DNA of 64,000 nt from an uncultured Acidimicrobiaceae bacterium (GTDB taxonomy: Bacteria > Actinomycetota > Acidimicrobiia > Acidimicrobiales > RAAP-2): contig CAVULV010000003.1 in NCBI GenBank assembly GCA_963742445.1, positions 67,504-131,503 on the forward strand, written 5' to 3'. The notes below the pieces were generated by a model. It made no database searches. It was given only the letters and a program-made list of their open reading frames with translations, and had not been told where the DNA came from. The number at the start of each line of letters is the position of its first letter. The stretch's first letter is position 1. The translations under genes were made by a program, and so were the position numbers. Positions 24,790 through 35,738 of the stretch are shown one piece after another.

Positions 24790-25240
24790 CGGCGCCAGCT
24801 CGCGTTGGGCGGCCGGTACCGCGTCGCGCCTCGACGTCGTCGATCAGACGCGTGAAACTGCAGGTAGGAAGGCCGCGCGGCTGCTCTCACCCACGACGTG
24901 GACATGGACCGATCGGACCGCACCATCGCCGCGGACGAAGAGAAGGCCTCTGCCCTCACGCCGGTCACCGTCGTAGGCGTACCGCGTCCGCACGGCCGGT
25001 CACGATGTCGTCGATTGCCACCTGGTCGTCCGGCGACGATGTCGAGGATCGGCTTGGCCTCGAGACCGGGCACCGCCGTGCTCCCGACGAGGACGACGAC
25101 CTCGGCGATGTCAGGAGCAGCGCGGCGACGGCGGCACACTCCCCTTACCGAGGGTGGGCCAGTCGGGAATGTGCGGTGACAGAAGCAGCTCCGACTTGTC
25201 CAGACCGAGCCCGCCGTCCGAGCGCCGGCCTGTCGTTCAT
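24790..25240 (-). pseudogene. GrpB-family (UPF0157) gene, multiply frameshifted and possibly 3'-truncated
   Basis: Fragments in different frames: 'GLDKSELLLSPHIPDWPT', 'VGSTAVPGLEAKPILDIV' and 'RSVHVHVV'. Confidence 0.45.
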
Positions 25241-25293
25241 CTGCCGATGCGCCCTACGACACGGATGTGGCCATCGCCATGGGTTTGCAGCCG

Positions 25294-27783
25294 TCAGGAG
25301 CCGGAAGCGGCGATGATCGGCCCGTTCAGGTGGGAGCCCGACATGTCCCCGTCGCTGGGTGCGTCACCGAAGTTCGAGACCTTGCCCAGCGCCGTCACGA
25401 CCCAGTAGCCGCCGCCGTCGGAGGTGTCGAAGATGGCGGACGCCGGATTCAGCCCGCCGGCCGAGCCGGGCGGCAGGCTCCCCATGCCCACCGCATTGCC
25501 GAAGGGGAACACCTGCCCCGCTCCGTCGAGGATCCAGTAACCACCACCGTCGGAGGTGGCGACGGCGGAGGTGATGGCCGAGCTCTGCGGGCCGGGCGCA
25601 CCGTGGTTGGCTGCGTCGCCGAAGGTGTAGACGGCGCCGGAGCTCGTGACCACCCAGTAGCCGTTGCCCGTGGCGTCGGGTACGACGGCCACGGCTGCAC
25701 CACTGCAGCCGCCGATGCCGGGACAGGACCCTTCGAACCTCGCGTCGCCGAAGGCGAAGACACCACCGTCGGAGGCGACCATGAAGTAGCCGTTGCCGTC
25801 GGTGGAGGGCACCATGCCGACGATGGGTGCGTTCAGGCTGTTCGGCAGGCCGGAACCGGCGGGGTGCAGCCCGCTGCCGGGGATGGATCCGTGGAAGCCC
25901 GCGTCGCCGAAGGCGAAGATGCCGCCGTCGGAGGCGACCAGCCAGTAGCCACCCCGGTCCGCCGTGGGGGTGATGCCGACGACGGGCCGTTGGAGATGCA
26001 GCGAGCCGGTGGAGCCGTGGAACGCGGCTGACCCGAAGCTGAAGATGCCGCCGTCGGACCCCACCAGCCAGTACCCGTGCGAGCGCGGTGGCGGCGGGGG
26101 TGGCGGTGGCGGAGGGGGTGGCGGAGGCGGTGGTGGCGGCGGGGCGTTCACCGTCAGGGTGAAGACCTGGGTCGCCGTGGGTGCCACGCCGTTGGACGCG
26201 ACGAGGCACACGGTGAAGGTGCCACCGTCACCGGGCTGTGGCGTCCCCTCGTAGCGATGCGGTCGACCCGCCGGTGTAGACGAGGTGGATGCTGGCCGGA
26301 AGCGCGGAGGGCGTGCACCCGCCGAACGCCGCGTCCGTGACGGAGCTGACGCCGGGCGTCCCGGTCGTGGTGATGTCGAACACACCGGCGTTCCCGGCCG
26401 AGAAGGTGGCCTGGTTGCCGCTCGTGATGGCAGGGGCCGCCGAGGTGCCCGCTCCCGGTGTAGGTGTACTGGTCGGCCGGCGAGATCGCGCTCGTACCGG
26501 CCGGCGTGGTCACCGTGATGTTGACGGTGCCGGGGTTGATGGCGGGCGGGATGGTGGTCGTGATCTGGGTCGAGTTGTAGCTCATGGAGCCGATGCTCAC
26601 GACCGACCCGAAGTCGACGATCGGCGTCACTCCCCCGTCGAAGAAGTTCGTGCCGTGGATCGTCACGCTGCCGCTCGGGATCTCGGGCCCGGACGAGGGC
26701 GACACGGACGTGATCGTGGGGGCGGCCGTCGGGGCGTAGGTGAACTCGTTCACGGCCGGCGTGCCGGTCGCGCTGGACGAGCCGCCCGTGGTGGTGCTGA
26801 CCGTCACGACGACCTGGTCGGTGGCGTTCCCTGCCGGGTCCGCCGGCGCGTCCGCGGTGAGCTCGCCGTTCCAGTTCACGTGCACGTTGGTCGCCGGCAC
26901 GCCCCCGAAGAACACCTGGGGCGTGGGCGACGCGGTGAAGTAGTTGCCCTCGATCGTCACCGGCGTCCCGGCGCCGGTGTTCGGTGACGAAGCCGGGAGG
27001 ACCTGCACGACGTCGGGTGCCGCCGGCGTGGACGGCGTGGGCAGGGAGCCCGGCGTGATCGTGTCGACGAGCGCGTCGGCCGGGTCGACCTGGGTGGCGA
27101 AGATCTGCGTGTACTGGCCGGCCGGCGTGTCGCCGTCCCCCATCATCGCCGTCTGAGTGCCAGTGGTCGTCACGGCGCCGAGGATGTTGGTCCGGTGGCC
27201 CCAGCAGCTCGGGTCGCCGGCGAGGTGCAGTCGAGGTTGGTGCCGCCGTAGCCGTCGTCGTACATCCAGGCGAAGTCCGCCCCGAGCGGGGTGTAGTCCT
27301 GGGCGAAGATCGACCCCCCGGGCCCTGGAAGCCCGCGGGGAGGACTGGGTCCGTGTTCGCCAGCGCACCGGTCAGCGCGGCGGCGTTGAGCGTGGCATCG
27401 AGACCGGAGTACTGGGAGAGACCGCGGTCGCCGCGCTCCTCGTCGGTGAGGATCAGTTGTTGCTCGGGGACCGGGTCGGTGGCGTAGTCGCTCGGCAGGA
27501 CGAGAGGGCCGAGACCCTCGAGTGAGCGCGCGTAGTTGATGTTGTGCAGGATGGAGTCGATGCAGCCGGCGCTGGTGTCGTCGACCGGCGAGAGGGAGCA
27601 CGCGGGCATGACCTGCGGCTGCACGTTGACGGACGGGTCCGATGGCGGGACGATGCCCGAGGCCCCGGCCGCTCGGGCGCGGCGGAGAGGACGACGAGGG
27701 CGGATCCCGATCACGGCCGCGAACGCCACCGCGGCGCGCAGCAGTGTCGAAAAGGCGCGCGCGCCAGGTTGGTGCCGTCTCAC
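25294..27783 (-). CDS. Secreted multidomain protein: CAP/SCP-like region (tentative), 2-3 IPT/TIG domains, Ig-like domain, ~19-residue poly-Pro linker and a six-copy 'GYWLVxSDGGIFxFGDA' repeat domain; at least 3 frame breaks
   Basis: Signal-like 'FSTLLRAAVAFAAVIG'. 'CWGHRTNIL'. IPT-like 'PTITSVSPSSGPEIPSGSVTIHGTNF..QYTYT'. Poly-Pro is encoded at 26086-26142. Six repeats lie in the C-terminal 260 aa of ORF 25294-28017. The GTG start at 27783 is a guess. Confidence 0.7.
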   Translation of the reverse strand: MRRHQPGARAFSTLLRAAVAFAAVIGIRPRRPLRRARAAGASGIVPPSDPSVNVQPQVMPACSLSPVDDTSAGCIDSILHNINYARSLEGLGPLVLPSDYATDPVPEQQLILTDEERGDRGLSQYSGLDATLNAAALTGALANTDPVLPAGFQGPGGRSSPRTTPRSGRTSPGCTTTATAAPTSTAPRRRPELLGPPDQHPRRRDDHWHSDGDDGGRRHAGRPVHADLRHPGRPGRRARRHDHAGLPAHAVHAGGTRRRAGPPGFVTEHRRRDAGDDRGQLLHRVAHAPGVLRGRAGDQRARELERRAHRGRAGGPGRERHRPGRRDGQHHHGRLVQRDRHAGRERVHLRPDGRPHDHVRVALVRARDPERQRDDPRHELLRRGSDADRRLRVGREHRLHELQLDPDHDHHPARHQPRHRQHHGDHAGRYERDLAGRPVHLHRERAPRRPLPSRAATRPPSRPGTPVCSTSPRPGRPASAPSRTRRSAGARPPRFRPASTSSTPAGRPHRYEGTPQPGDGGTFTVCLVASNGVAPTATQVFTLTVNAPPPPPPPPPPPPPPPPPPPRSHGYWLVGSDGGIFSFGSAAFHGSTGSLHLQRPVVGITPTADRGGYWLVASDGGIFAFGDAGFHGSIPGSGLHPAGSGLPNSLNAPIVGMVPSTDGNGYFMVASDGGVFAFGDARFEGSCPGIGGCSGAAVAVVPDATGNGYWVVTSSGAVYTFGDAANHGAPGPQSSAITSAVATSDGGGYWILDGAGQVFPFGNAVGMGSLPPGSAGGLNPASAIFDTSDGGGYWVVTALGKVSNFGDAPSDGDMSGSHLNGPIIAASGS

Positions 27784-28123
27784 GCTTCCGTTCGCCCCCC
27801 TCGTGCGTAGGAATCGACCAGCCCGGGCAACGTAACATTTCGGGCCTCGGCTCGATGGGTCGAGAGGTGGAATTGTCCCCTGGTTGTGGCTGATTTCGAG
27901 CGCGACCCGTCGCTCTCCATTCGATCCCGCGCACTCTCGGGAGTGACGCGTGCAATCATCATTCTCCACCGGGCGAGAAGCAGACCGGATCACGCGAGCC
28001 CGTCGTGACCGCTCCACCGCGATGGGTCGGGCGCCCCGCCAAACGGTGAGCCGCCGTGTCGTGCACGTCGGATCAGATCAGACCGTCGGGACGGCGCGCG
28101 TGGCGGTCTCTACCGGAGGGGAT

Positions 28124-28886
28124 TCATTCGGCCGTGAAGAGGAAGTTGTGGACATAGCGGCGCGCGTATAACACCAGGTTGGCGGCGTAGCCGTGTCGCG
28201 CGACCCGGATCGCCATGGCCCGAGCCGCCTCGCGATCGAATTCGTGCAAGGGATGCCATGCCGCGCCGATGCAGGAAGCGTCCCGCATAGCCACGTTCGG
28301 CGAGGAAGGCCACGATCTCATCGAAGTGGTCCTCCTCGGACGAGCGGTGCTCAATTTCGATCATCAAGTTCGGCTTCTGCCTCTCGAGCAAGTTCACGGC
28401 GCCCAGGAGCACGGCGAACTCGTGTCCCTCGACGTCGATCTTGATGAACCCGACGTCGCTCAGGTCGAACGAATCGAGTCGCTCCGTCTGTACGGTGACG
28501 AGTCGTCCTCCCCCATCTGGGCGCCGACCACCCTCCATCGTGGCTCGGCCCTCTGTGCCCATGCCCCCGGGAGGGATCCACAAGCTGGCCTCCCCCACGG
28601 TCTCTCCGAGGGCGACGCCGTGGAGTTGCACATTTTCCGGCATCGCCTCTCTGAGTGCGGCCACCAAGTCGGGGTTCGCCTCGAACGCGTCGACACGTGG
28701 AACCCGCTTGGCCAGCAAGTAGGTCCACGGACCCCACCACACGCCGATGTCGATGGCGCCCCGATCCGGTGGAACGAACTCGGCGAGGTGCCCGAGTTCA
28801 GGCTCAAAGTAACGATACTGATGAGCCACGAACGGGACAAAGACGCGTGGGGGCATGAACCGCGCCGCCTGCGAGGCGAGTGCCAT
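28124..28886 (-). CDS. FkbM-family methyltransferase; 1 frame break near 28255
   Basis: 'AIDIGVWWGPWTYLLA', 'VDAFEANP' and 'GFIKIDVEGHEFAVLLGA'. The start lies 3 nt after the upstream GT4 stop. Confidence 0.7.
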
Positions 28887-28889
28887 GGT

Positions 28890-30037
28890 TTACTCCACCC
28901 CACCCGACATCTTCACCGATTCCGGTCCTGGCCGATGGCGCCGCCCACCGGACGGATGTGCGCCGTCGCCCAGCGTGGCCACGTCAGTAAGTGTCTGCAG
29001 CCAGGCATCGACCATGCTGTCCCATGTGTGCTCGCACGCCCGCTCCCCGCGCCGCCAGCCCCATGCGGACCCGGGCTGGCTCGTCGGCCGAGAACTCCAT
29101 CCAGGCCGCGGCGAATGCAGCCGGAGTCGCATCATCCACCAAGACCCCTGTCACGCCGTCGACGACGGCGTCGCGCACGCCGGGTGCATCGACGGCCAGA
29201 GTCGGTATGCCGGCGGCGGCGGCTTCGAGGGAGACAATCCCCCATCCCTCATGTGACGACCCCTGGACCAGGAACCAGGCTTGACCGAGAAGCTCGGCCT
29301 TCTCCTTTGCCCCCAGATAACCCCGGAGCTCGACCCCGGGTAGCGCATCTGCCATTTGTTGCAACGTCTTGAACTCAGGCCCGTCGCCGATGACGACGAG
29401 GCGCCCGCCGGTCACCGGCTGGACAAGGCGCCAGGCCTGGAGCAGCAAGTCGACCCGCTTGTGTGGGACCAGACGATTGAGCGCCACGAAGAGCGGGCCC
29501 ACCGAGGTCCGCGTCCTTGGACTCGGTGGTGCGTCGACACCGGGTTCAATCACCGTGATATGCCTCGGGTTGACCCCGAGGGTTCGAAACGACGTTGCCG
29601 TCGACTCTGAAATGGCCACGAAGTGGCGGCGGCTGTAGACGGCCGGAATGGCGCGCCTTTCGACGGCGCCGGCTACGGCAGCCAGTGGCCGCGGGAAGCG
29701 CGTCGCCCACTGCTCGCCGTGGAAATGAAGCGCCAGGCAGACTACGGGGCGCCGGCGCCAGCAGAGGGGAGAAGAACGGGACCCCGTTGCTGACGTCGAT
29801 GAGGACGTCCGCCCGACGGAATCGGGTGGCGCACAGCCATGGTGCGATGAGGTACTGCGAGTAGGTCCCGCCCGCCTGGTGGACCGAGTAGGCGCGTGAC
29901 TCGACCGGTCCACCACATACGAGGGCCACCTCGTGCCCCCGTTCAGCCAATCCCACCAGGAGCCGGTCGAGCGGCAATTCGCTGCCCCCGGCTAGTGGGT
30001 GGGCGAGGTCGCGCCAGCTCACGACGACGATCCGCAC
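28890..30037 (-). CDS. Glycosyltransferase, GT4/GT1-type (GT-B fold); 2 frame breaks
   Basis: 'RIVVVSWRDLAHPLAGGSE' at the N-terminus and 'SSHEGWGIVSLEAAAAGIPTLAVDAPGVRDAVVDGVTGVLV' (E-x7-E region). Confidence 0.7.
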
Positions 30038-30042
30038 GCGGC

Positions 30043-33000
30043 TCAGGCCTCTGCAGGCGCATCGAAGCACGGGAGGAGGCTGACGGCCAACGCCGCCAAG
30101 GCCAGCGCGCCGAGGGTCTGTGCCGTGTAGCTGCCGCTTCCGATCAACACGCCCATCCGGTAGCCGGGATGCACCGCAATGACGATGCCGGCGAGCACCT
30201 CGGCACCTCCAGCGACCCAAGCCAGGACCGCTCGGTGTCGGCGCGCCAGGAGCCCGAGACCGATACAAACCGGCACGAAGAGTGCGGCGGGCCCTGCCAC
30301 GACAAAGACGATGAGGGTGATCGCCACCGTCCACAAGGCGTTATGGAGCCCACGGCGGGCCCTGCCACCCGACGCAGTCACGAAGTGCGTTCGCTCGCTC
30401 ATCGTCGATGCATCCGTTCGGGACATGGCGGAGCGTAACCCGCCTTGGTTCTTGCTTCGGCGCGTCGTGAGGGCGGCCCACGCCACCAGTGCCAGAGCGA
30501 TCACAGCCCCGGCGATGAGGCCGGCCCGGAAGGAGCCGTCGGGAACGAAACGGAGCGTGACCCCTTCGGACGCGTCGGCAGCCGGCAGCACCCAACCCTG
30601 CTGCCAGCCGTCCAGGCGGACCGCCCGCAGTTCGTGCCCTCCGACGGTCGCCACCCATCCTGGGTTGTAGTTCTCGTGCACGTTTATGATGGCCGCAGGC
30701 CCGGCCGCCACAGTGAGAGCCCGGTTGTCGATGCCCCACTGCGTCACGGCGACCTCTCGCGGCGCACTGACTGGAGGGACCGTCCCGGCGAGTTGCAGGT
30801 TCGTCACCTTGAAGGGACCGGCGACGTTGTCGGCGGTCACGGTGTGGATACCGGGGTCCAGGCGTAAGGCCTCCCCGAAGCCGCATGGGGACAGCGCCAT
30901 AGGCTGGAGCGCGAGAAGCTGGCCGACCGTGCCTTGCACCGACGTCGCGTAGGAGCGCCCGTCAATGCTGATGGGTGGGCCGGATCCGCAAGGAACGGAG
31001 TACGCAGCGGCCAGGGCCGCCGGTGTCGGGCGAGTGCCAGAGGACAACTGAAGGGCCGCCAGCAAGGGTGATTCGAGGGGTGTCGCTAGGCCGGAGACGG
31101 CGAAGACGGCAGTTCGGGGGACGCTGAATTGGGCGCGAGAGATGTGCTTCGTCGTCGGCCACCTTGAAGACAGCGAACTGGTTCGGCTGCGGTGACGTGA
31201 AGAGGTACGTCGGCACGATACTGGGGGGCGTGGGCCCGTCGTCGGGGACCACCCAGCGCTGGCTCACCGAGACGCCGGGAATGGCGATATGGGCCAACCC
31301 GGGCTGGGGGGAGCCGTTTCCCGATGGCTGACGCAGGCCGACCAGGGTGATTCGGAGCCAACGACTGGCGCCGTGGGGCGTCCGGAGCTCCTGGGGCCGA
31401 GCAGGTTGGGCCAGAGGGTGTGTCACCTGACCACGAGCCGTCGTGATCTGGACCTTGGTGATGGGCGTCGCGAAGATCCCCCCCATGGGTGTCAGCGTGA
31501 TCTTCGAGAGGGTAACCGAACGATCGAAGCGGATCTCGATCCAAGGGCGCGGATCAGTGGGCGACGCCTCCCATGCCGCTCCGCCCTGCGCTGCGTCGGC
31601 CAGGAAAGCCTCGAGTGGTTGCTGCCCGGGGGCCTCGTTGAAGACCGGGCCAAACGATGAGGCCGTGATCAACGCAGCTCCACGGAGCTGGAGGGTGGTC
31701 TCGTGGCGGTCGCCGGGCACGACGATCCACTGGTCTGGCGGGCCCCCTGAAGGCAGTGAGGAATCCCCCGTCACCGGTGATGGCTCACCGGACGCCAACA
31801 GGCTCGACTGGTTCTGGTAGGGGCTGTAATGCGAGTTGCGACGTTGCTGCGTATCGGCATCGACCCAGACCGGTCGGGTGAACGTCGGACCAAGCGGATC
31901 ACCAGCCAGGGATACGGCCTCTCCGCGCAGCAGCCCGGCGTTCGCCGCCGCCAGCACGCCCTGTGGTCCACCCGAGAGGACGACGCCGCTCGACAACGGA
32001 TACGTGATGACTCGGTCATCGTGACCGGAAGCCGGCACCACGCGGTACGCCTCGAGCGCGTGGATGGACCGGGCGATGCCGAACGGGTCGTAGAGGGTCT
32101 CGGAGCCGGGCCCGGTGTTGACCCGGTGGACCAGGGGACCGAAGTGGGCCACCCTGACCAGCCCTGGCTCTCGTGCCAAGGCCTGGCGCAGCTCCGTCGG
32201 CGGAGGACTCTGCGTGTCCGCCGGTGTCAGATCGTTCTCGACGAGCACGTACCGCACGCCCACGTTGGCCAGGTACTCCGCCAATCCGGGCACCGGCTGC
32301 CCGCCGGTGAGCACCTGGTCGATGGCATCGAGGAACTGTGTGCTGCCAACGGAGCCGATCGGCATGACGCTGCGGTTGGCCCACGGAACGGTCGCCATGG
32401 CCTCTATCGGCTGGTCCAGCGGGTTGCCCCAGGTGAAGTCCGCGAAATTCGTGCCCGGAACGACAACGGTCGTAGACGTTCCCCCTCGTGCATCGAGCCA
32501 ACTCACTGCATGCTGCCAGGAGGCCGGTAGCACGGTGAAGGAGCCCTCGGGATACACCCGACCTGTCGGCAAGGGGGCCGCCGAGACGACCACGACGGCG
32601 AGCGCACCGGCCACCAGGGCCGCAATGAGCGGGGAGCTTCGTGTTCGGCGCAACCTTCGGCAAGCCCGCGCTGCGACGCCCATCGCGCTCATGAACCCGA
32701 GGACGAGGGGCAGGGTGATCACAGGCTGGAACTTTGCGACGTTGCGGAAGGCCGCCAGTGGACCGTCGAAGAGACGATGAACCGTCGGCGCAAACGGCCC
32801 GCCGAAGTGCCCCCAATACCCCGCACAGACCAGCACTGTCCCGACGACAACGGCGAGCCCGAGCCACCTCCGCTCTGGCATGTCGCGGCGAGCAAGGCCG
32901 AACAGACCGGCGCCGGTTGCAAGCGCCGAGGCCACGATTACCACGCGCGCCGTCTCGACGAGGAGGCCGGCTGTCGACCACACGGGCGTACCGGGGAAAG

Positions 33001-34066
33001 AGGTCCAGATGCCGGCACCACGGAGGATCTCGGGCACGAAGGTGTTCCCGGTCGTGTCTCGCGCAGTCTCGGTGTACGCCGAGAAATTGAACCCGTAGGC
33101 CCCCTGCAAGAACAGAGGTATGACGAACCACGCCGTGGCGGCGGCGACCGCAAGCGCCCACAGGGCAAAGAGTCGGACGTGCGTTCGCACTGGCCTGCGC
33201 GTGAGGAACCACAGGAATGGAAGCAGCAGTACGCCAAAGGTGGCCGTCGCGTTGATCGCTCCCATCAGGAGCACGGCCAATCCCGAGCGAGTGGCGGCGG
33301 ATCCATTCGTCAATTCACCGCGAGAGGCCCGGATCAGCGGCACCATGACCCAGGGCAGAAGAGCGGCCGGCATCACGTACGACGTGTCATGGATCTGGGC
33401 CAGCAGGAGAGGAGAGCACGCATAGGCGACTCCGCCCGCGAGGCGGGACCAGCGACCACCGATCTCGAGTGTCTCGGCGAGGCGGATGGTTCCCCACAAG
33501 GCCGTGGTCAGGAGCAGAGCGAGCCACATTCGCTGCACGATCCATTCGGGGATGCCGACCGACCGCCCGAGCCAGTAATACGGACCCATCGGGAAGAGAT
33601 AGCCGTAGGCCTGATTGGGCACACTCCCGAACCCTGCATCTGGGTTCCACAGATGAGTCACACTGGCCAGGAAGCGACCGGGGTCGACGCTCAAGTCGAG
33701 CTTGGTGTCGCGGACGACGTGGCCGGGCCGCTGGGCCACCGCCAGCACCCAGATGACGAACACGGTGGCCAGTTCGGGAGCCCGACCGACGAAGAAGGGG
33801 CGCCTTCGCGCTCTCGCGTGACGGGCCGACGTTGCCGCGCTCGACAATGCATCAGCCTGCTCGCGAGGTTGCCCGATGATCGTTCCGTGGTGGGCAGTGG
33901 TGCCGGATGGCGGCGAGGACCAGGTCAAAGCAACGAGTCCATACTCTGATGCGTCGGTGTCACGAGGCACGACGATACGAGATGGCCGTCTGCTACGGAG
34001 CGCGGAACGGCTGTAATCTCCACGCCAACGTACACACTCGGAGGCGCCGTGCGTGGTGGCCGTCAT
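30043..34066 (-). CDS. AftD-like (DUF3367) GT-C family alpha-(1->3)-arabinofuranosyltransferase homologue, ~1,300 aa; split by 1 frame break near 31000; start uncertain (33847-34066)
   Basis: 'DTKLDLSVDP..HLWNPDAGFGSVPNQAYGYLFPMGPYYW' is the AftD N-terminal signature. Many TM segments follow. The C-terminal piece (ORF 30043-31065) has 'HENYNPGWVATVGGHEL..VRLDGWQQGWVLP' plus terminal TMs. Confidence 0.7.
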
Positions 34067-34091
34067 GACCGGCTGAGGCACAAGTAGACGG

Positions 34092-35738
34092 ATGGCGGCC
34101 ATGCCGGCAACAGTCGATGGAGCGTCGGCCCAGATCGTTGACACCGCGACCCAGGCCACGCGCACGCCGTCGCGAGCACTGCGATTCGCACCTTACGTGC
34201 TCGTGTGGACGGTCCTTATGGTGCCCGCCATCCGGACGATGGCGCGCGGATGGCGACCCCTCTCCGACGATGCCAACATCGCGATCGGAGCCTGGCGCTC
34301 ATTGTCCCTCCATCCACCGCTCGTCGGTGTGTTGACCGGGTCGATCGGCAAACTGGCCTCTGATCCGGGACCGCTGGAACTCTGGTTGCTCGGTCCGTTC
34401 GTCCACCTCGATCCGGGGCAAGGCGCCCTGTTGGGTTCGGCCTTGCTCTGCGGTGCCGTGCTGTCGCTGACCCTGTACGTGCTGGTGAAGTCCGCTGGCA
34501 TCTGTTCGGGCGTCGTGTTCTCGTTGTGCGTGGCCGATCTGGCATTGACCTCGCCCACGCCCTTTGTCGACCCGGTCTGGAACAACGCCTTCGGGCTCTT
34601 CTGGTTCCTTTCCTTCTTGGGGGTTGCCTTCGCTGTCGGGATGGGAAACCTCCGCTATCTTGCACTGCTCGTTTTCATCGGCTCCGTCACAGTCGATTCT
34701 CACCTCATGTATCTCCCGTCCTGTGCTGTGGTCCTGGCCGCCACCGCGGTGAGCGGCTATCTGCTCGGCCGGCCGCGGAATTACCGCTGGGCCATATGGG
34801 CCGGTGTCGTGACTGCGCTGTGCTGGGCCCCGACTTGGATCCAGCAGTTCACCTCGTCGAAACCCAACCTGTCGTTGTTGGTTCGGGGCGGCCTCACATC
34901 TCCGGGCCAGAAGACCGAAGGTTTCGTGTTCGGCCTGCGCGCCATCAGCCGGGCGGCCTCGATCTTCCCGATCTGGGCTTCACCTCGGCCCATCGCAGAA
35001 TTTGCGGCGAGTGGTGACTTCGATCGTCGGAATCTCTTGCTCTGTCTGGTCGTCCCGCTGCTGGGCGTCCTTGCGGCGTGGGCCTGGCGACGGACCCACC
35101 CGGAATTGTTCAGCCTGTGCCTGGTGTCCTTGGGCGGGGGTCTCGGCCTCGTCTTCCTCTACGCCCACATCGCCGACAGTTTCACCCTGTCCTTCGTGTG
35201 GGTGAACCTCCCGGTCTGGGCCGTGGGCATCTGCTTCTGGGTCACACTTGGGCTGGCCGCACTCACCCTATGGCGAGAGTACCGGCATCGGGCGGTCCGA
35301 GCGTGGGTGTCGCCAAGAGCTGCGCGCGTCGGAGCGCTCGTCCTCATGGGACTGGCAACCGCTTCGGCGACCATTGTCGCCCTGTTTCCCTACGGGAACC
35401 AGTTCGTCCTCGACTGGTCCGGAACCACCCGAGTCACCCAGATGGCCGCGGAGATCGAGCGACGGATCCCCCTGGGACCCGTCGGCATCGGCATCCGCTA
35501 CAAGGGTTCGGATGTGTTCCGATTGGAAAATGACGAGCATGGCCTGTCCTACTTGCTGCTCACCGCAGGCTGGCTTCCGGGCCTGGAGGCACCCGAGAAC
35601 CAATTGCTCGGTCTTCCCATCCATCCGCGGAGCCCGTACGTCGTCTTCAACGAGAAGGGAGCGGTCCTGCGTTCCACTGACGTCTACCCGCACTACGAGT
35701 GGTACTACGGCTTCCTCGCCCCCGGCTCACGAGGCTGA
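34092..35738 (+). CDS. Polytopic membrane protein of unknown family with a C-terminal soluble domain (possible GT-C-type glycosyltransferase)
   Basis: Intact 548-aa ORF with about 12 hydrophobic segments and a non-hydrophobic tail of about 120 aa. Divergent from the AftD-like gene. No motif recognised. Confidence 0.5.
   Translation: MAAMPATVDGASAQIVDTATQATRTPSRALRFAPYVLVWTVLMVPAIRTMARGWRPLSDDANIAIGAWRSLSLHPPLVGVLTGSIGKLASDPGPLELWLLGPFVHLDPGQGALLGSALLCGAVLSLTLYVLVKSAGICSGVVFSLCVADLALTSPTPFVDPVWNNAFGLFWFLSFLGVAFAVGMGNLRYLALLVFIGSVTVDSHLMYLPSCAVVLAATAVSGYLLGRPRNYRWAIWAGVVTALCWAPTWIQQFTSSKPNLSLLVRGGLTSPGQKTEGFVFGLRAISRAASIFPIWASPRPIAEFAASGDFDRRNLLLCLVVPLLGVLAAWAWRRTHPELFSLCLVSLGGGLGLVFLYAHIADSFTLSFVWVNLPVWAVGICFWVTLGLAALTLWREYRHRAVRAWVSPRAARVGALVLMGLATASATIVALFPYGNQFVLDWSGTTRVTQMAAEIERRIPLGPVGIGIRYKGSDVFRLENDEHGLSYLLLTAGWLPGLEAPENQLLGLPIHPRSPYVVFNEKGAVLRSTDVYPHYEWYYGFLAPGSRG

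Noticed and set aside
27784-28123. Looked for an outer att or tRNA-like repeat marking the left border of the low-G+C block at the 27.8 kb composition shift.
   Set aside because: No copy of the tRNA-Pro core or any other direct repeat was seen. The left boundary of the glycosylation cluster therefore remains undefined from sequence alone.
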